A DNA stretch of 64,000 bases from Candidatus Sericytochromatia bacterium (lineage in GTDB: Bacteria; Cyanobacteriota; Sericytochromatia; S15B-MN24; VGJW01). A model generated the notes under the pieces. That model was not told the origin of the DNA. It searched no databases and saw nothing but the letters and a program-made list of their open reading frames with translations. Each line of letters begins with the position of its first letter. Within the stretch, counting starts at the first letter, position 1. Of this stretch, positions 42,167 through 53,522 are shown in pieces. A program made the position numbers and the translations under genes. The stretch lies in assembly GCA_035286125.1 (NCBI GenBank), contig JAYKIS010000086.1:7096-71095 (forward strand). Direction: 5' to 3'.

Positions 42167-43063
42167 TCAGCGAGGGCGGCTGGGGCGGTTCGGGCGGCTC
42201 AGGTCCATCCGGTCGAACGCTGCGCGCGCCACGAAGGTCGGCTCGTCGATGAACGGGTTGCGATTGCCCTGTACCTGCCAGACCCTTTCGTTTCGCTCGC
42301 GTTCGGCGGCGTCCACGGGATCCATATCGTGCCACGCCACGAGTGTCCGGACTTCGTTGACGAAGTTCTTGAGCGAGGTCGAGTCGTAGCCCCCGTAGAC
42401 TACGTAGAAATACAGCAGGCCTCGGGCGATGTCGCCCCGGACACCCGGGCGCGGCTCGCAGACCGTGTTGCCGCGCGCATCCTCGCCGATGCGCGTCTTG
42501 CCGTCCACGGCAGGGAACTGGAACGTGGGCGACCCTGCGACCGTCCCGAAGGCGAACGAACCGCGGCTGCCATTGATGCCGGCGTCCGAGGATTGCAGGT
42601 GATGCAGGTCGGATCGGGCCGCCCCCTTTGCGCCCAGGCTCTGGGGCCAGGTGTGCTCGGTGTTGAGGTTGTGCTTCGAGGCTGTTCCCCGATCGCGGAC
42701 ACCGGTAAAGGCCTCGCCGGTGTAGATGTCTTCGACGATGTCATCGTCATCCGTGTCGGCCACGTCGCCGAACAGGTGGTCGCGGGCCGTGTCGTAGCCT
42801 AGGTCCGTATGCTTGGCCACGACGCCGTTCAGGGCCTGCACCAGCGCGGGTCCCGCGAGGCCCTCGGTGCCCTTGTAATAGTCGGCGGGCAGGCCGCGAA
42901 CCTTGATCTTGCGGGCCATCAGGGCCGAGCTGGCAACTGCCGGCCGCAGCGTGGGCTGGGTGCCGCAAGCGGACACCGAGGCCAGGACGGCACCCGCCAG
43001 AAGCAGGTTCAGAACGAAACGGGATTGGCGCACGGCGTCGGATCCTCTCGGTGTCTGATTCAT
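42167..43063 (-). CDS. lipoprotein, Endonuclease I family extracellular nuclease
   Basis: Lipobox LASVSAC. Motifs NTEHTWPQS, DLHHLQSSD, INGSRGS, GDIARGLLYF and QGNRNPFID match the Endonuclease_1 family. Confidence 0.8.
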   Translation of the reverse strand: MNQTPRGSDAVRQSRFVLNLLLAGAVLASVSACGTQPTLRPAVASSALMARKIKVRGLPADYYKGTEGLAGPALVQALNGVVAKHTDLGYDTARDHLFGDVADTDDDDIVEDIYTGEAFTGVRDRGTASKHNLNTEHTWPQSLGAKGAARSDLHHLQSSDAGINGSRGSFAFGTVAGSPTFQFPAVDGKTRIGEDARGNTVCEPRPGVRGDIARGLLYFYVVYGGYDSTSLKNFVNEVRTLVAWHDMDPVDAAERERNERVWQVQGNRNPFIDEPTFVARAAFDRMDLSRPNRPSRPR

Positions 43064-43141
43064 TATGCCTGAATCCGGTTAAGTACTTGTCAAGGATGGG
43101 GGAAGTTGTTGCAAAGCGTCACGAAAGGGTATCGGAGGAAC

Positions 43142-43846
43142 ATGGAGGCCGTCGGCCGCGCCGGTGTCCGGCTCCTGCCGGGCGTCTTTCTTGTCTTGCT
43201 CTCCTTGTTCTCTCCGGCTCGCGCACTGGCCGCACCCGCCGCCACGGTGGTGCTGGCGGGCCGGGAGCTGACGTACGAGGAGTTGCGGCGCCTGGAGGAT
43301 GGCGAGGTGCTGACCCGGTGGGAGGATGTCCAGGCCCCCAACCGGATGGTGGCCTCCGCCGGCCTGCTGCCTGCTACGGCAAGAGATGCCTGGGCGCTCG
43401 CGACCGACTTCCGGAATTACGATCGCATCTACACCGGCATCTCCGAGGCGCGCATCGTCTCGGAGGCACCTCGGGAGGTCGTGGGGACCTACGTGCTGAA
43501 GTTGCCCTGGCCCTTGCCCCAGCGTTGGGTGACGACCCGGGCCGTGCTCGACGCGGAGCGCAGGGTCTGCTCGTGGCAGAAAGAATCGGGTACGGTCAAG
43601 ACCTACGACGGCCGCCTGCAGATGCTGCCGTGGTCGGGGCGGCGATCCGTGATGCTCTACAGTGCGCGCATCGACCCCGATTTCGCGTTCATGCCGACGT
43701 GGTTCTGGGACTGGGCGCAGGCCACGGCCCTGCCCTCCGTCGTGACGGGCCTGAGAGACACGCTGACCCGTACGGATGGCCCATATTGGCGTGCGCAGAT
43801 TCGGCGCCCCGACTTCGAATTCACCAGCCGGCGCGACGCCCCATGA
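43142..43846 (+). CDS. secreted hypothetical protein, possibly SRPBCC/START-like
   Basis: ATG 43142 preceded by GGAGGAAC. Signal peptide LLPGVFLVLLSLFSPARALA. The fold assignment is tentative, based on sequence pattern only. Confidence 0.45.
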   Translation: MEAVGRAGVRLLPGVFLVLLSLFSPARALAAPAATVVLAGRELTYEELRRLEDGEVLTRWEDVQAPNRMVASAGLLPATARDAWALATDFRNYDRIYTGISEARIVSEAPREVVGTYVLKLPWPLPQRWVTTRAVLDAERRVCSWQKESGTVKTYDGRLQMLPWSGRRSVMLYSARIDPDFAFMPTWFWDWAQATALPSVVTGLRDTLTRTDGPYWRAQIRRPDFEFTSRRDAP

Positions 43847-43854
43847 GGCAGGGG

Positions 43855-43886
43855 CGGGGCCCCCGGATCGTAGTCCGGAGGCCCCG
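43855..43886. terminator. GC-rich stem-loop between convergent genes
   Basis: CGGGGCC-C-CCGGA tcgtag TCCGG-A-GGCCCCG, read directly. No U-tract. Confidence 0.45.
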
Positions 43887-43906
43887 CGTGGCTGCGGGCT
43901 TGTCGC

Positions 43907-45106
43907 TCAGGGGCGACCGCCGTGGCGGTCGTCGTCCTCTAGGTCGCTGATCTGCTGGTCGCCCTCGGCGGCGACATTGTTGAGCACCGTCAGCGTGGCC
44001 AGGGTCTCGGTGATCCAGTTGTACTCCGTCACCCGGCGAACCAGGGTGCGGGGCGGACGGTGGCCGCGGTCGCGATCATCTTCGTGGTCTTCGCCGCAGT
44101 CATCCGAATCGCACTTGGGATCCGGCAGGTGGTTGGTCAGGATGTCGCCGCCCCGGGTCAGCATCTCGGTGTAGATGTGCGCGTTGTCGAAGCACACGAA
44201 CTTGGGATCGGTGACGTCATAGTTCGTGAAGGCCTGGTTCAGGAACGGCATCGGGTCGACCAGGTTCGCCACCCGGTCATACCGGTACACGTTGCCATCG
44301 CTGGCAGCGAAGGCGATCTGTGTGCCGTCGGGACTGATCGCAGGGTGCGATATCTGCCCGTACAGGCGTGCCTGCGTGAGCTCGTGGACCATCGGGTTCA
44401 GCAGGTCGTAGACATAGAGCCGGCCTGCCAGCGTCGTGAAGACTGCCCAGCGCGCGTCGCAGGAGATCCGGATCCAGTTGACACCACCCTCGCAGGAGGC
44501 CTGGGCGTTGACCTTGGCGAGGTCGGCCACGACCCCGTTGAGCCACAGCATGGCCTTGGGCAGCTGGCGCCGCTCGCCCTCGAGCACGAAGGTCATGGCC
44601 GTGCCGTCGAAGCTCATGCTCGGACGGCGCACCGAGCCGAGGCCGTTGACGTCGTTCAAGGCGACGAGCAGCTCCGCCACGACATCGTAGACGAAGATCT
44701 GCGAACGACGGCCCTGCTGGCGGTCGAAGACCACCCGACCGCTGCTGAAGACCTCGGGGTTGTTCACGCCGATGCCGGCGCCCACCAAGGCATAGTTGTC
44801 GCTGATCGTGCGGTCATACACGAAGAGCTGTTTCTCGCCGCCGATGACCGAGACGAAGGGCAACATCGTGGGCGCAGCGCCAATCGACAGCCCGGGGATG
44901 GGGACCGCGGGCGCCACGGCTCCGCCCGACGAGGGACGGGTGGGGTTGCCGCCACCGCCCAGCTCCGAGGCCACCGGGACGGTGACCTGCCCGGCGGCCG
45001 GTTGTCCGGTCGGGGGCTGCTGGGTCGGGGATGAGGCACAACCGAAGACGGTGGCGGCCATGAGGCCACCGAGCATACAGCGTGTCGCCAGGTTCAAGCG
45101 CGCCAT
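43907..45106 (-). CDS. lipoprotein with TolB-like/PD40 beta-propeller repeats and acidic Cys-containing C-terminal region
   Basis: Lipobox AATVFGC, SD GAGGAG. HPAISPDGTQIAFAASDGNVYRYD is PD40-like. C-terminal part DPKCDSDDCGEDHEDDRDRGH. Confidence 0.55.
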   Translation of the reverse strand: MARLNLATRCMLGGLMAATVFGCASSPTQQPPTGQPAAGQVTVPVASELGGGGNPTRPSSGGAVAPAVPIPGLSIGAAPTMLPFVSVIGGEKQLFVYDRTISDNYALVGAGIGVNNPEVFSSGRVVFDRQQGRRSQIFVYDVVAELLVALNDVNGLGSVRRPSMSFDGTAMTFVLEGERRQLPKAMLWLNGVVADLAKVNAQASCEGGVNWIRISCDARWAVFTTLAGRLYVYDLLNPMVHELTQARLYGQISHPAISPDGTQIAFAASDGNVYRYDRVANLVDPMPFLNQAFTNYDVTDPKFVCFDNAHIYTEMLTRGGDILTNHLPDPKCDSDDCGEDHEDDRDRGHRPPRTLVRRVTEYNWITETLATLTVLNNVAAEGDQQISDLEDDDRHGGRP

Positions 45107-45343
45107 GAAGTCTCCTCTCGGACAACCAACCGGACGTGAGGCTCCGACCCTGGTTCAGGGGCGGGAACGCGATGTCGCGCACGGGTCGAGGGCGTCAGGG
45201 CAGGTGAACGGCGGCAGTGCCGCTGCTCGGCCACGGGGATTCGGCGTAAGGACGTGGGTCGCTGCAGGATCCGGGATTTTCCCGGACCGGTGACGCCCTC
45301 ACGCTAGCATCCGCCCATTGCGAACTAACCGTCGGAAGGCCCC

Positions 45344-45925
45344 ATGCATGCTGTTAGGATGAACCTGTCGGGGAGGCTGGCCTTGGACGAGCGCACGTTG
45401 TGGCTTCTGGGAGGTATCTCGGTCGCCGTCTGGGCCGGGGGCTGGTGGATGGAGCGCAGCTTCCGATCCGAGGGCGGGACCGGATCGTTGGCCGAGACCA
45501 TGCCGATTGCCGTTCGCCAGGTCGCCGCCTGGTCGCCCCGAGCGATCCTCGTCGGCATTGAGGGCAGGGACCTCGTCCGTGGACGCTCGGGGGACAAGGG
45601 GGGGTGGGTCTACACCTTCATGGAGGCGGGCCAGATCATCCGCACATGTGAAGTCCGGATGGGCAAGCACCACTTCAGGGTCTGGCAGGATCGGGGGCAA
45701 CCGGCTCCGGCGCTGCCAGCCCAGGGCTTGCTTGATTCCGCCCAACTGGCGACCGACCTGGTGGCCCGGGGGGTGCCCGGGACGCAGTCGGCGACATGGT
45801 CCTGGCGTGTCTCGGAGGGGCATCCCCTCCTCACGGTGGCGACCGCAGGAAGGCTTGCAGCAACGTGGTCCGTGGATCCGGGCACGGGGCAACTGCTGGA
45901 TTTCCAATCCTCCAGGGTCCCTTGA
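45344..45925 (+). CDS. hypothetical membrane-anchored protein
   Basis: ATG 45344 preceded by GGAAGG. One N-terminal TM helix (TLWLLGGISVAVWAGGWWM). No motifs recognised. Confidence 0.45.
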   Translation: MHAVRMNLSGRLALDERTLWLLGGISVAVWAGGWWMERSFRSEGGTGSLAETMPIAVRQVAAWSPRAILVGIEGRDLVRGRSGDKGGWVYTFMEAGQIIRTCEVRMGKHHFRVWQDRGQPAPALPAQGLLDSAQLATDLVARGVPGTQSATWSWRVSEGHPLLTVATAGRLAATWSVDPGTGQLLDFQSSRVP

Positions 45926-45966
45926 CCGGTGCGCTTCGCCCTCGGGCCGGGGTATGAGGAGGGGGC

Positions 45967-46731
45967 ATGATCCTTCCTGTTTCGGACAATCCTCGACTTG
46001 CCTCCATCCTGGGGCGGATCGAGGAAGCTGCCGTCCTGCCGCGGATGTGGCAGGTGGCGGTCGTCAATTCACAACGGGCCGGGGTCAATGACCACGGCCC
46101 CACCCACGTCAAGATCGTCGCCCACAATGCCCTCAAGATCCTGCGCCTGCTGGGTGAGGCCGGTGTGGTGCCCGGTGTTGTCGCCGATCAGGGCCTGACC
46201 TTCGCGGATGCCGAGGTCGTCGTTGTCCTGGCCGGCTTGCTGCACGACGTGGGCATGACTGTGCACCGCGACAGTCACGAGTCGCATTCGCTCTTCCTCG
46301 TGCATCAGGCTCTGCCGGCCCTCGTTGAGGGGATCTACAGCCCTGTCGAGGCCGTCACGATCGTACATGAGACCCTGCACGCGATGATCGGGCACAACTC
46401 GATGCAACGTTGCCTCACGGTCGAGGCCGGCGTCGTCAAGGTCGCCGATGCCCTCGACATGTCGAAATGGCGTTCCCGCGCCATCATCAAGGGTGGGCGG
46501 GTCAGCATCCACTCGCTTTCGGCCGCCGCCATCGACAAGGTGGCCATCTCCAAGGGCGAGACCCGGCCGGTCCGGGTCGAGGTCACGATGAACAACAGCG
46601 CGGGCATCTTCCAGGTCGACAACCTGCTCAAGCACAAGATCCACCACAGCGGCATCGCCGAGCACTTCGAAGTCAGGACCCGCGTCGAGGGCGAGGCAGA
46701 ACGCCAGCACGTCCAGACCTTCACCCTCTGA
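45967..46731 (+). CDS. HD-domain phosphohydrolase
   Basis: ATG 45967 preceded by GAGGAGGGGG. HGPTHVKIVAHNAL...LAGLLHDVGMTVHRDSHESHS is the H...HD...H motif. Confidence 0.75.
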   Translation: MILPVSDNPRLASILGRIEEAAVLPRMWQVAVVNSQRAGVNDHGPTHVKIVAHNALKILRLLGEAGVVPGVVADQGLTFADAEVVVVLAGLLHDVGMTVHRDSHESHSLFLVHQALPALVEGIYSPVEAVTIVHETLHAMIGHNSMQRCLTVEAGVVKVADALDMSKWRSRAIIKGGRVSIHSLSAAAIDKVAISKGETRPVRVEVTMNNSAGIFQVDNLLKHKIHHSGIAEHFEVRTRVEGEAERQHVQTFTL

Positions 46732-46750
46732 CGCGGCCGCAGCTTCCGAT

Positions 46751-47188
46751 TCAGGCGGCCTTGCGGCTCTTCCGCAATCGGGGGTGAAGTTCACACAGGA
46801 CGCGGGCGGCCAGTGACGGATCGGGCAGGCTCGCGAGGTCGTCAAGGCTGACAATGCCCTGAAGCGTGCCGTTTGCCGGCTGGCTGCTGACGCACAGGCG
46901 GCGTACGCGGTGCCGGATCATCTGGTCTGCGGCTTCTTCGAGCGAGGCATCAGGGTCCACGCAGACCGGCCCGTGATGCACGAGGTTGCGGATGGGCACG
47001 TGCAGGGCGTCGGCCGTGACGGCTTCTAGTGCCAGGTCCCGATCGGTGACGACACCCATGATGCGTCCACCCTCCAGAATCGGCACCAGGCCGACATCCT
47101 CACGTTTCATCAGCTTGGCCACCTCCAGCACCGTGGTTTCGGGACCACAGGCGTGGACGTGGGGATTCATCAGGTCTCGGACGCGCAT
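46751..47188 (-). CDS. CBS-domain pair protein
   Basis: Trimmed to ATG 47188 (SD GAGGAGA). MRVRDLMNPHVHACGPETTVLEVAKLMKREDVGLVPILEGGRIMGVVTDRDL plus a second CBS repeat. Confidence 0.85.
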   Translation of the reverse strand: MRVRDLMNPHVHACGPETTVLEVAKLMKREDVGLVPILEGGRIMGVVTDRDLALEAVTADALHVPIRNLVHHGPVCVDPDASLEEAADQMIRHRVRRLCVSSQPANGTLQGIVSLDDLASLPDPSLAARVLCELHPRLRKSRKAA

Positions 47189-47282
47189 GGTTCTCTCCTC
47201 TGCCTCTGGGGGGCGGGAGCATGGTGTCCCCCGGGAGAGCCCGGGCAAGGGGCGTCGGGTCGCTCTCTGCTAGACTTGGAAG

Positions 47283-48797
47283 ATGCTGAGGGTCCATAAC
47301 GACCTGACCAGGCGGCTTGAGCCCTTCGCCCCCGCGAATCCGCCCGAGGTCACGATGTACGCCTGCGGGGTCACGGTCTACGATGCGTGCCACCTGGGCC
47401 ATGCCCGTGCGTATGTCGCGTGGGACATCGTCCGGCGTTACCTCGAGCACGTCGGCTACAAGGTCCGGCATGTCCAGAACTTCACGGATATCGACGACAA
47501 GATCATCCTGCGGGCCGCCGAACGGGGCGAGGAACCGGCAGAGCTGACGCGTCGCTGGGAAGCGGCGTACTTCGCCGATATGGATCGCATGGGCATCCTC
47601 AGGGCCACGGACTATCCCCGCGCTACGGAGTACGTCGCGGCCATGCTTCGCTTCATTGAGGGCCTGATGGCCAAGGGCCATGCGTACGCGGTACCGGACG
47701 GCAGCGTGTACTTCGAGGTTGCCAGCTTTCCGGACTATGGTCGTCTCTCGGGCCGCTCGGTCGAGGACCTGGGCCAGCGGACCCGGCTCGACGAGCCGGA
47801 TCCCAACAAGCGTGGTCCGGCGGACTTTGCCCTCTGGAAGGCAGCCAAGCCCGGCGAGCCTTCGTGGACCAGTCCCTGGGGCGAGGGGCGTCCCGGCTGG
47901 CACCTCGAATGTTCCGCAATGGCCGCGGAGTTGCTGGGCACGACCCTCGACCTGCACGTGGGGGGCATCGACCTGCTCTTTCCACACCATGAAAACGAGG
48001 TGGCCCAGTCCGAGGCCTTGAATGACGCACCTTTCGTGACCTGCTGGCTCCACAACGGCTTCGTCAACATCGATGCCGAGAAGATGTCCAAGAGCCTCGG
48101 GAACTTCCGGACGGTACGGGACCTGCTCGAGGTCCACGACCCGATGGCCGTGCGCTACTTCCTGCTGCAGACCCATTATCGGCAGGACCTTTCCTTCACC
48201 GAGGAGGCCCTCGAGGGCGCGACGCGGGCTCTGGTGCGCCTGCGTCGCTCGCTGGCGGCCCGTGAGGCGGCGCTTGCGCCTCGCACGGCTCTCGTCGAGG
48301 CGTTGGGCGCCAAGGTCGCGCATGCTTTTGCCGAGGCCATGGACGAGGACTTCAACACGCCGCGCGCGCTCGCCGCCTTGTGGGATGCCCGGGCCGAGAT
48401 CGCCGGTCTTGAGGGTGCCGATGCCGAGGCGGCGGGTCATGTCGTGTTCGAGGTGCGTCGCCTTGCGTCCGTGCTCGGTCTCGATCTGGCGGCGGGCGAT
48501 GCAGCGGGTGTCGACTGGCCGGTCGTTGCCGCCGAGGCGGCCGCCCGTCTGCGCGACGTACCGGACCATGGGCTGGCGGCCGCAGACCAGCCGGCAGCGC
48601 AGATGTCCCACTGGCTCGAGGCCCGTCGGTCTGCACGCATCGCCCGGGATTTTGCCCGGGCTGACGCGATGCGTGGCCACCTGACCGGCGCGGGCTTCGT
48701 GCTGGCCGACCGCAAGGACGGTTCCGTCGAGGTGACCCATGCCGAGGCGCAGGCGTGGGCATGGGTCTGGACCCCCGAAGGCGTTCCGCTTGCCTGA
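47283..48797 (+). CDS. cysS: cysteine--tRNA ligase
   Basis: MYACGVTVYDACHLGHARAY (HIGH), GRPGWHLECSAM, KMSKSLGN (KMSKS). Confidence 0.95.
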   Translation: MLRVHNDLTRRLEPFAPANPPEVTMYACGVTVYDACHLGHARAYVAWDIVRRYLEHVGYKVRHVQNFTDIDDKIILRAAERGEEPAELTRRWEAAYFADMDRMGILRATDYPRATEYVAAMLRFIEGLMAKGHAYAVPDGSVYFEVASFPDYGRLSGRSVEDLGQRTRLDEPDPNKRGPADFALWKAAKPGEPSWTSPWGEGRPGWHLECSAMAAELLGTTLDLHVGGIDLLFPHHENEVAQSEALNDAPFVTCWLHNGFVNIDAEKMSKSLGNFRTVRDLLEVHDPMAVRYFLLQTHYRQDLSFTEEALEGATRALVRLRRSLAAREAALAPRTALVEALGAKVAHAFAEAMDEDFNTPRALAALWDARAEIAGLEGADAEAAGHVVFEVRRLASVLGLDLAAGDAAGVDWPVVAAEAAARLRDVPDHGLAAADQPAAQMSHWLEARRSARIARDFARADAMRGHLTGAGFVLADRKDGSVEVTHAEAQAWAWVWTPEGVPLA

Positions 48798-49281
48798 GGT
48801 CCCGGGACCCGAGGCCCTCGAGGAGGCGCGGGCGGGCAATCCGGCGCGCTTGCTGGCCGAGATTCATCCCCGGGACCTGGCCTATCTGGGCGATGCCGTC
48901 CACGAACTGGAGGTCCGCAGGCGCGGGCTTGCCCGGCCGCTGCAGGGCGATGCCCGCCATCGCGAGACCGTGCGTCGGGTCCGGGCCGTCGCCCAGTCCC
49001 GCGTATTGCGTGTCCTCGAACCCGAACTCGTCGAGGACGAACGCGAGGTCGTGCGCCGTGCACGTGCCCTGAAACGTCTCGTCACGCGGTCGGCTGATCC
49101 CGGGACTTACCGCTGGGCCACGGCATTCGAGGCCTGGATAGGTTATCTTTGGCTTCTGGGACGCCACGAGCGACTCGCGTGGGTGCTGGCCCGTGCGGAG
49201 GCGATGGTGGACCTGCCACCCCCCAGCCAGGATGGTCCCGAGGAGGACGACGATGCCGCCAGGCAAGAAGCCAGGTCCTAA
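48790..49281 (+). CDS. mrnC: mini-ribonuclease III
   Basis: DLAYLGDAVHELEVRR and YRWATAFEAWIGYLWLLG match Mini-III. The position after cysS is as in Bacillus (cysS-mrnC-rlmB). The start is uncertain: TTG 48790, TTG 48850 or ATG 48739, all in frame. Confidence 0.7.
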   Translation: MPEVPGPEALEEARAGNPARLLAEIHPRDLAYLGDAVHELEVRRRGLARPLQGDARHRETVRRVRAVAQSRVLRVLEPELVEDEREVVRRARALKRLVTRSADPGTYRWATAFEAWIGYLWLLGRHERLAWVLARAEAMVDLPPPSQDGPEEDDDAARQEARS

Positions 49282-50392
49282 GGGCCGCCCCCCTTCGTCG
49301 GGCGGTCCCGGCCGCGGGCGCAAGCTCGGTCCTGTGTCGGCATCCATGGCCCGCAAGATGGGCATGGATGTGCCCGATGCGCCCGGCGGGCGCAAGCCCG
49401 GCCGTGGAGCGCCTCCCGCTGGCAAGGAAGGGCGTTTCGGCAAGCCGGAGGGTGGCCGCCCGGAAGGCAGTCGTCCGGATGGCCCGAGATCCGCTCGGAC
49501 CCGTCCTGGCCAAGGCAAGGGCCCAGCGCGTCCTGCTGCCTCCGGCGAGGAGCGTGCACCGCGTCCCGGTCGTCGCCGCGAGGCTGCCGAGGCTGCGCCG
49601 CGTGGCCGGGCTCCCCGGATCGAAGCCCGTCCCGAGGGTGAGGACGATGATCGCCCCGAGCCCGAGAGCGAGATGGTCTGGGGGCGTCACGCGGTGATGG
49701 CCGCCGTCCGCAGTGGTCGCCCCGTCAACAAGGTCTGGCTGCAGCGCAGCCTCGAGGATGCGAAGTTCGCGACGGCCATCCGCATGCAGGCCCGCGAAGC
49801 GGGCGTGGCCGTGGTCGAGGTCGAGCGCCAGCGCCTGGACAATCTGGTCGCCGGGCCCCACCAGGGAGTCGTGGCCTCGCTCGCGCCCGTGGCTTACCAG
49901 ACCTTCGCCAAGGTGCTCGAGGAGGCACGGGCGGCCGAGAAGCCTCTGCTGCTGCTCTTGGAAGGTATCGAGGACCCGGGAAATCTTGGGGCGCTGATCC
50001 GCTCTGCAGAGGCCGCCGGCGCCCAGGGCGTGGTCATTCCCCAGCGTCGCGCCGTGGGTCTGACTGGGGCGGTCGCCAAGGCTGCTGCCGGTGCGCTCGA
50101 TCTCGTGCCGGTAGCGCGGGTCGTCAACCTCGCGCAGGCGATCCGGGACCTGCAAGCTGCCGGCTTCTGGGTTGTTGCCGCGGACGGCGCCGGGGAAGAA
50201 CTGCCCTGGCAAGTCGACATGAAGGGACCGATCGCCCTGCTCGTCGGAAGTGAGGGGCGTGGTCTTTCCCGCAACCTGCTCGAGACCTGCGACCACGTCG
50301 TGCGACTGCCCATGCCGGGCAAGACGCCTTCGCTCAATGCATCCGTGGCCGGAGGCATCCTGTTGTTCGAGGCCGTAAGACAGCGCACCTGA
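49253..50392 (+). CDS. rlmB: 23S rRNA (guanosine-2'-O)-methyltransferase RlmB (SpoU/TrmH family) with about 140-aa basic Gly/Pro/Arg-rich N-terminal extension
   Basis: ATG 49253 preceded by GAGGAGG, overlapping the mrnC end by 29 nt. SpoU motifs LLLLEGIEDPGNLGALIRSAEAAG, LLVGSEGRGLS, LPMPGKTPSLNASVAGGILLFE. Confidence 0.85.
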   Translation: MPPGKKPGPKGRPPSSGGPGRGRKLGPVSASMARKMGMDVPDAPGGRKPGRGAPPAGKEGRFGKPEGGRPEGSRPDGPRSARTRPGQGKGPARPAASGEERAPRPGRRREAAEAAPRGRAPRIEARPEGEDDDRPEPESEMVWGRHAVMAAVRSGRPVNKVWLQRSLEDAKFATAIRMQAREAGVAVVEVERQRLDNLVAGPHQGVVASLAPVAYQTFAKVLEEARAAEKPLLLLLEGIEDPGNLGALIRSAEAAGAQGVVIPQRRAVGLTGAVAKAAAGALDLVPVARVVNLAQAIRDLQAAGFWVVAADGAGEELPWQVDMKGPIALLVGSEGRGLSRNLLETCDHVVRLPMPGKTPSLNASVAGGILLFEAVRQRT

Positions 50393-50412
50393 AGACTGGC
50401 GCCAACGAAGAA

Positions 50413-50446
50413 AATGCCGCCCGCGTCCCCTGACGCGGGCGGCATT
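50413..50446. terminator. bidirectional rho-independent terminator between rlmB (+) and ftsH (-)
   Basis: AATGCCGCCCGCGT cccctg ACGCGGGCGGCATT, a perfect 14-bp stem. Followed by gttggtcttttc on the plus strand and by TTTTCTTCG on the minus strand. Confidence 0.75.
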
Positions 50447-50475
50447 GTTGGTCTTTTCGGCCCGAGCCGACCGGT

Positions 50476-52332
<1,857 letters not shown>

Positions 52333-52341
52333 GTCAAAGCC

Positions 52342-53391
52342 TCAGGAGACCCGGAAATCGGGCGGGGATTGCCCCTCGGGCATGCTAGGCCGGGGCGGTG
52401 GGGGCGTCAAGCAAAGGCGGCATGATGCAAGGGTTTCGGCCATTGGGGGCAGGACGGCAAGACGGCCGTCCCGTACCCATGCCACGTGCTGCCGGAGATG
52501 CAGGTGGCCGCCATGACCCTCGTCCAGCCAGGCGAGGATGCGCTCCTGAGCGAGGGTCTCCAGGGCCGGAAAGCCATGGGCCAGTACCCGGCGCCGGACG
52601 GCACGGGGCAGAGCCATAAGGCTAGTCAGGTCAAGGTCGTCCCGGCCAGGTCGTCGCAAGTCCGCCAAGGCCTCCCGGGCCGACGTGTCGAGGACTTCAC
52701 GGTCATCACCAAGGCGTTCCGCCAGACGACACAGAGCCTCGACCCAGCGGGGTTGGATGCGGTCGAGTCCGGTGGTCAATTCCAGCCGCAAGCGATTGCG
52801 TGGTGTGTAGTCGGGGTCCTCGTTGCTCGGGTCCCTGCGCGGTGGGGACGGCAGGGACTGGGTGTCCAGCCAGGTCCCGATGGCAGCCCGCGTGCAGCCG
52901 AGCAGCGGTCGGAGCAAGGTGGCACCCGCCATGCCGGCAGATACGGTGGTCATCCCGGCAAGGCCGTCCGGGGTCGTGCCCCGCAGCATCCTCAACAGCA
53001 GGGTTTCCGCCTGATCGTCCGCGTGATGGCCAAGGGCAATCGCCGGGATGCCCAGCTGTCGGGCGAGGGTAGCGAGCGCCTCATGGCGTTCGATACGTGC
53101 CTCGGTTTCCTGGCGGGGCGGCGACGGCAGGCGATGGATCGAGCAGGGCACGCTCAGGGATGCTGCGAGTTCGGCAACCCACGCGGCATCCTCACCCGCG
53201 TCCGGTCGCATGCCGTGGTCGATGTGTGCGACGTGCAGAGGGTGTTCCGTCAGGCGCAGCAGGGCCAGCAAGAGGGCCGACGAGTCGGGGCCACCGCTGA
53301 CGGCCACCAGAAGGGGCGCGTCACGGGCGGGCCAATCGGGATGGGCCACGGCCTGCTTCAGCGCCTGGGGAAGGTCGCTTGCAAGAGGCAT
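52342..53391 (-). CDS. tilS: tRNA(Ile)-lysidine synthase
   Basis: PP-loop LLVAVSGGPDSSALLLAL. Position directly upstream of ftsH as in Firmicutes. ATG 53391 is the only ATG before the PP-loop. Confidence 0.85.
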   Translation of the reverse strand: MPLASDLPQALKQAVAHPDWPARDAPLLVAVSGGPDSSALLLALLRLTEHPLHVAHIDHGMRPDAGEDAAWVAELAASLSVPCSIHRLPSPPRQETEARIERHEALATLARQLGIPAIALGHHADDQAETLLLRMLRGTTPDGLAGMTTVSAGMAGATLLRPLLGCTRAAIGTWLDTQSLPSPPRRDPSNEDPDYTPRNRLRLELTTGLDRIQPRWVEALCRLAERLGDDREVLDTSAREALADLRRPGRDDLDLTSLMALPRAVRRRVLAHGFPALETLAQERILAWLDEGHGGHLHLRQHVAWVRDGRLAVLPPMAETLASCRLCLTPPPPRPSMPEGQSPPDFRVS

Positions 53392-53396
53392 CCTAG

Positions 53397-53470
53397 TGGC
53401 ACCAACTGGATTTGAACCAGTGACACAGCGGGTATGAACCGCTTGCTCTACCGGGCTGAGCTATGGTGCC
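53397..53470 (-). tRNA. tRNA with CAU anticodon (elongator Met or Ile2/lysidine type; not initiator)
   Basis: Minus strand GGCACCA TA GCTC AGCCCGGTA GAGC A AGCGG TTCATAC CCGCT GTGTC ACTGG TTCAAAT CCAGT TGGTGCC A. Folds as a perfect cloverleaf. G1-C72 is paired and there is no GGG/CCC anticodon stem, so it is not tRNA-fMet. CCA is not encoded. Confidence 0.9.
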
Positions 53471-53522
53471 GGGGAGTCGATGGTACGACCCGCGGGGCGC
53501 GGGCGTCAAGGCGCGCGGGGGT

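Noticed and set aside
42167-43063. Endonuclease I lipoprotein plus dprA in the same window as evidence for a natural-competence island
   Set aside because: The genes are 25 kb apart in unrelated operons, and no com/pil uptake genes are present. The association is speculative.
47189-47282. T-box leader upstream of cysS, as seen in Firmicutes
   Set aside because: The spacer is only 94 bp and also serves as the divergent promoter region for the CBS gene. There is no specifier hairpin or T-box sequence (AGGGUGGNACCGCG-like).
53397-53470. CAU tRNA as initiator tRNA-fMet
   Set aside because: Position 1:72 is a G-C pair, and the anticodon stem is AGCGG/CCGCU rather than carrying three consecutive G-C pairs (GGG/CCC).
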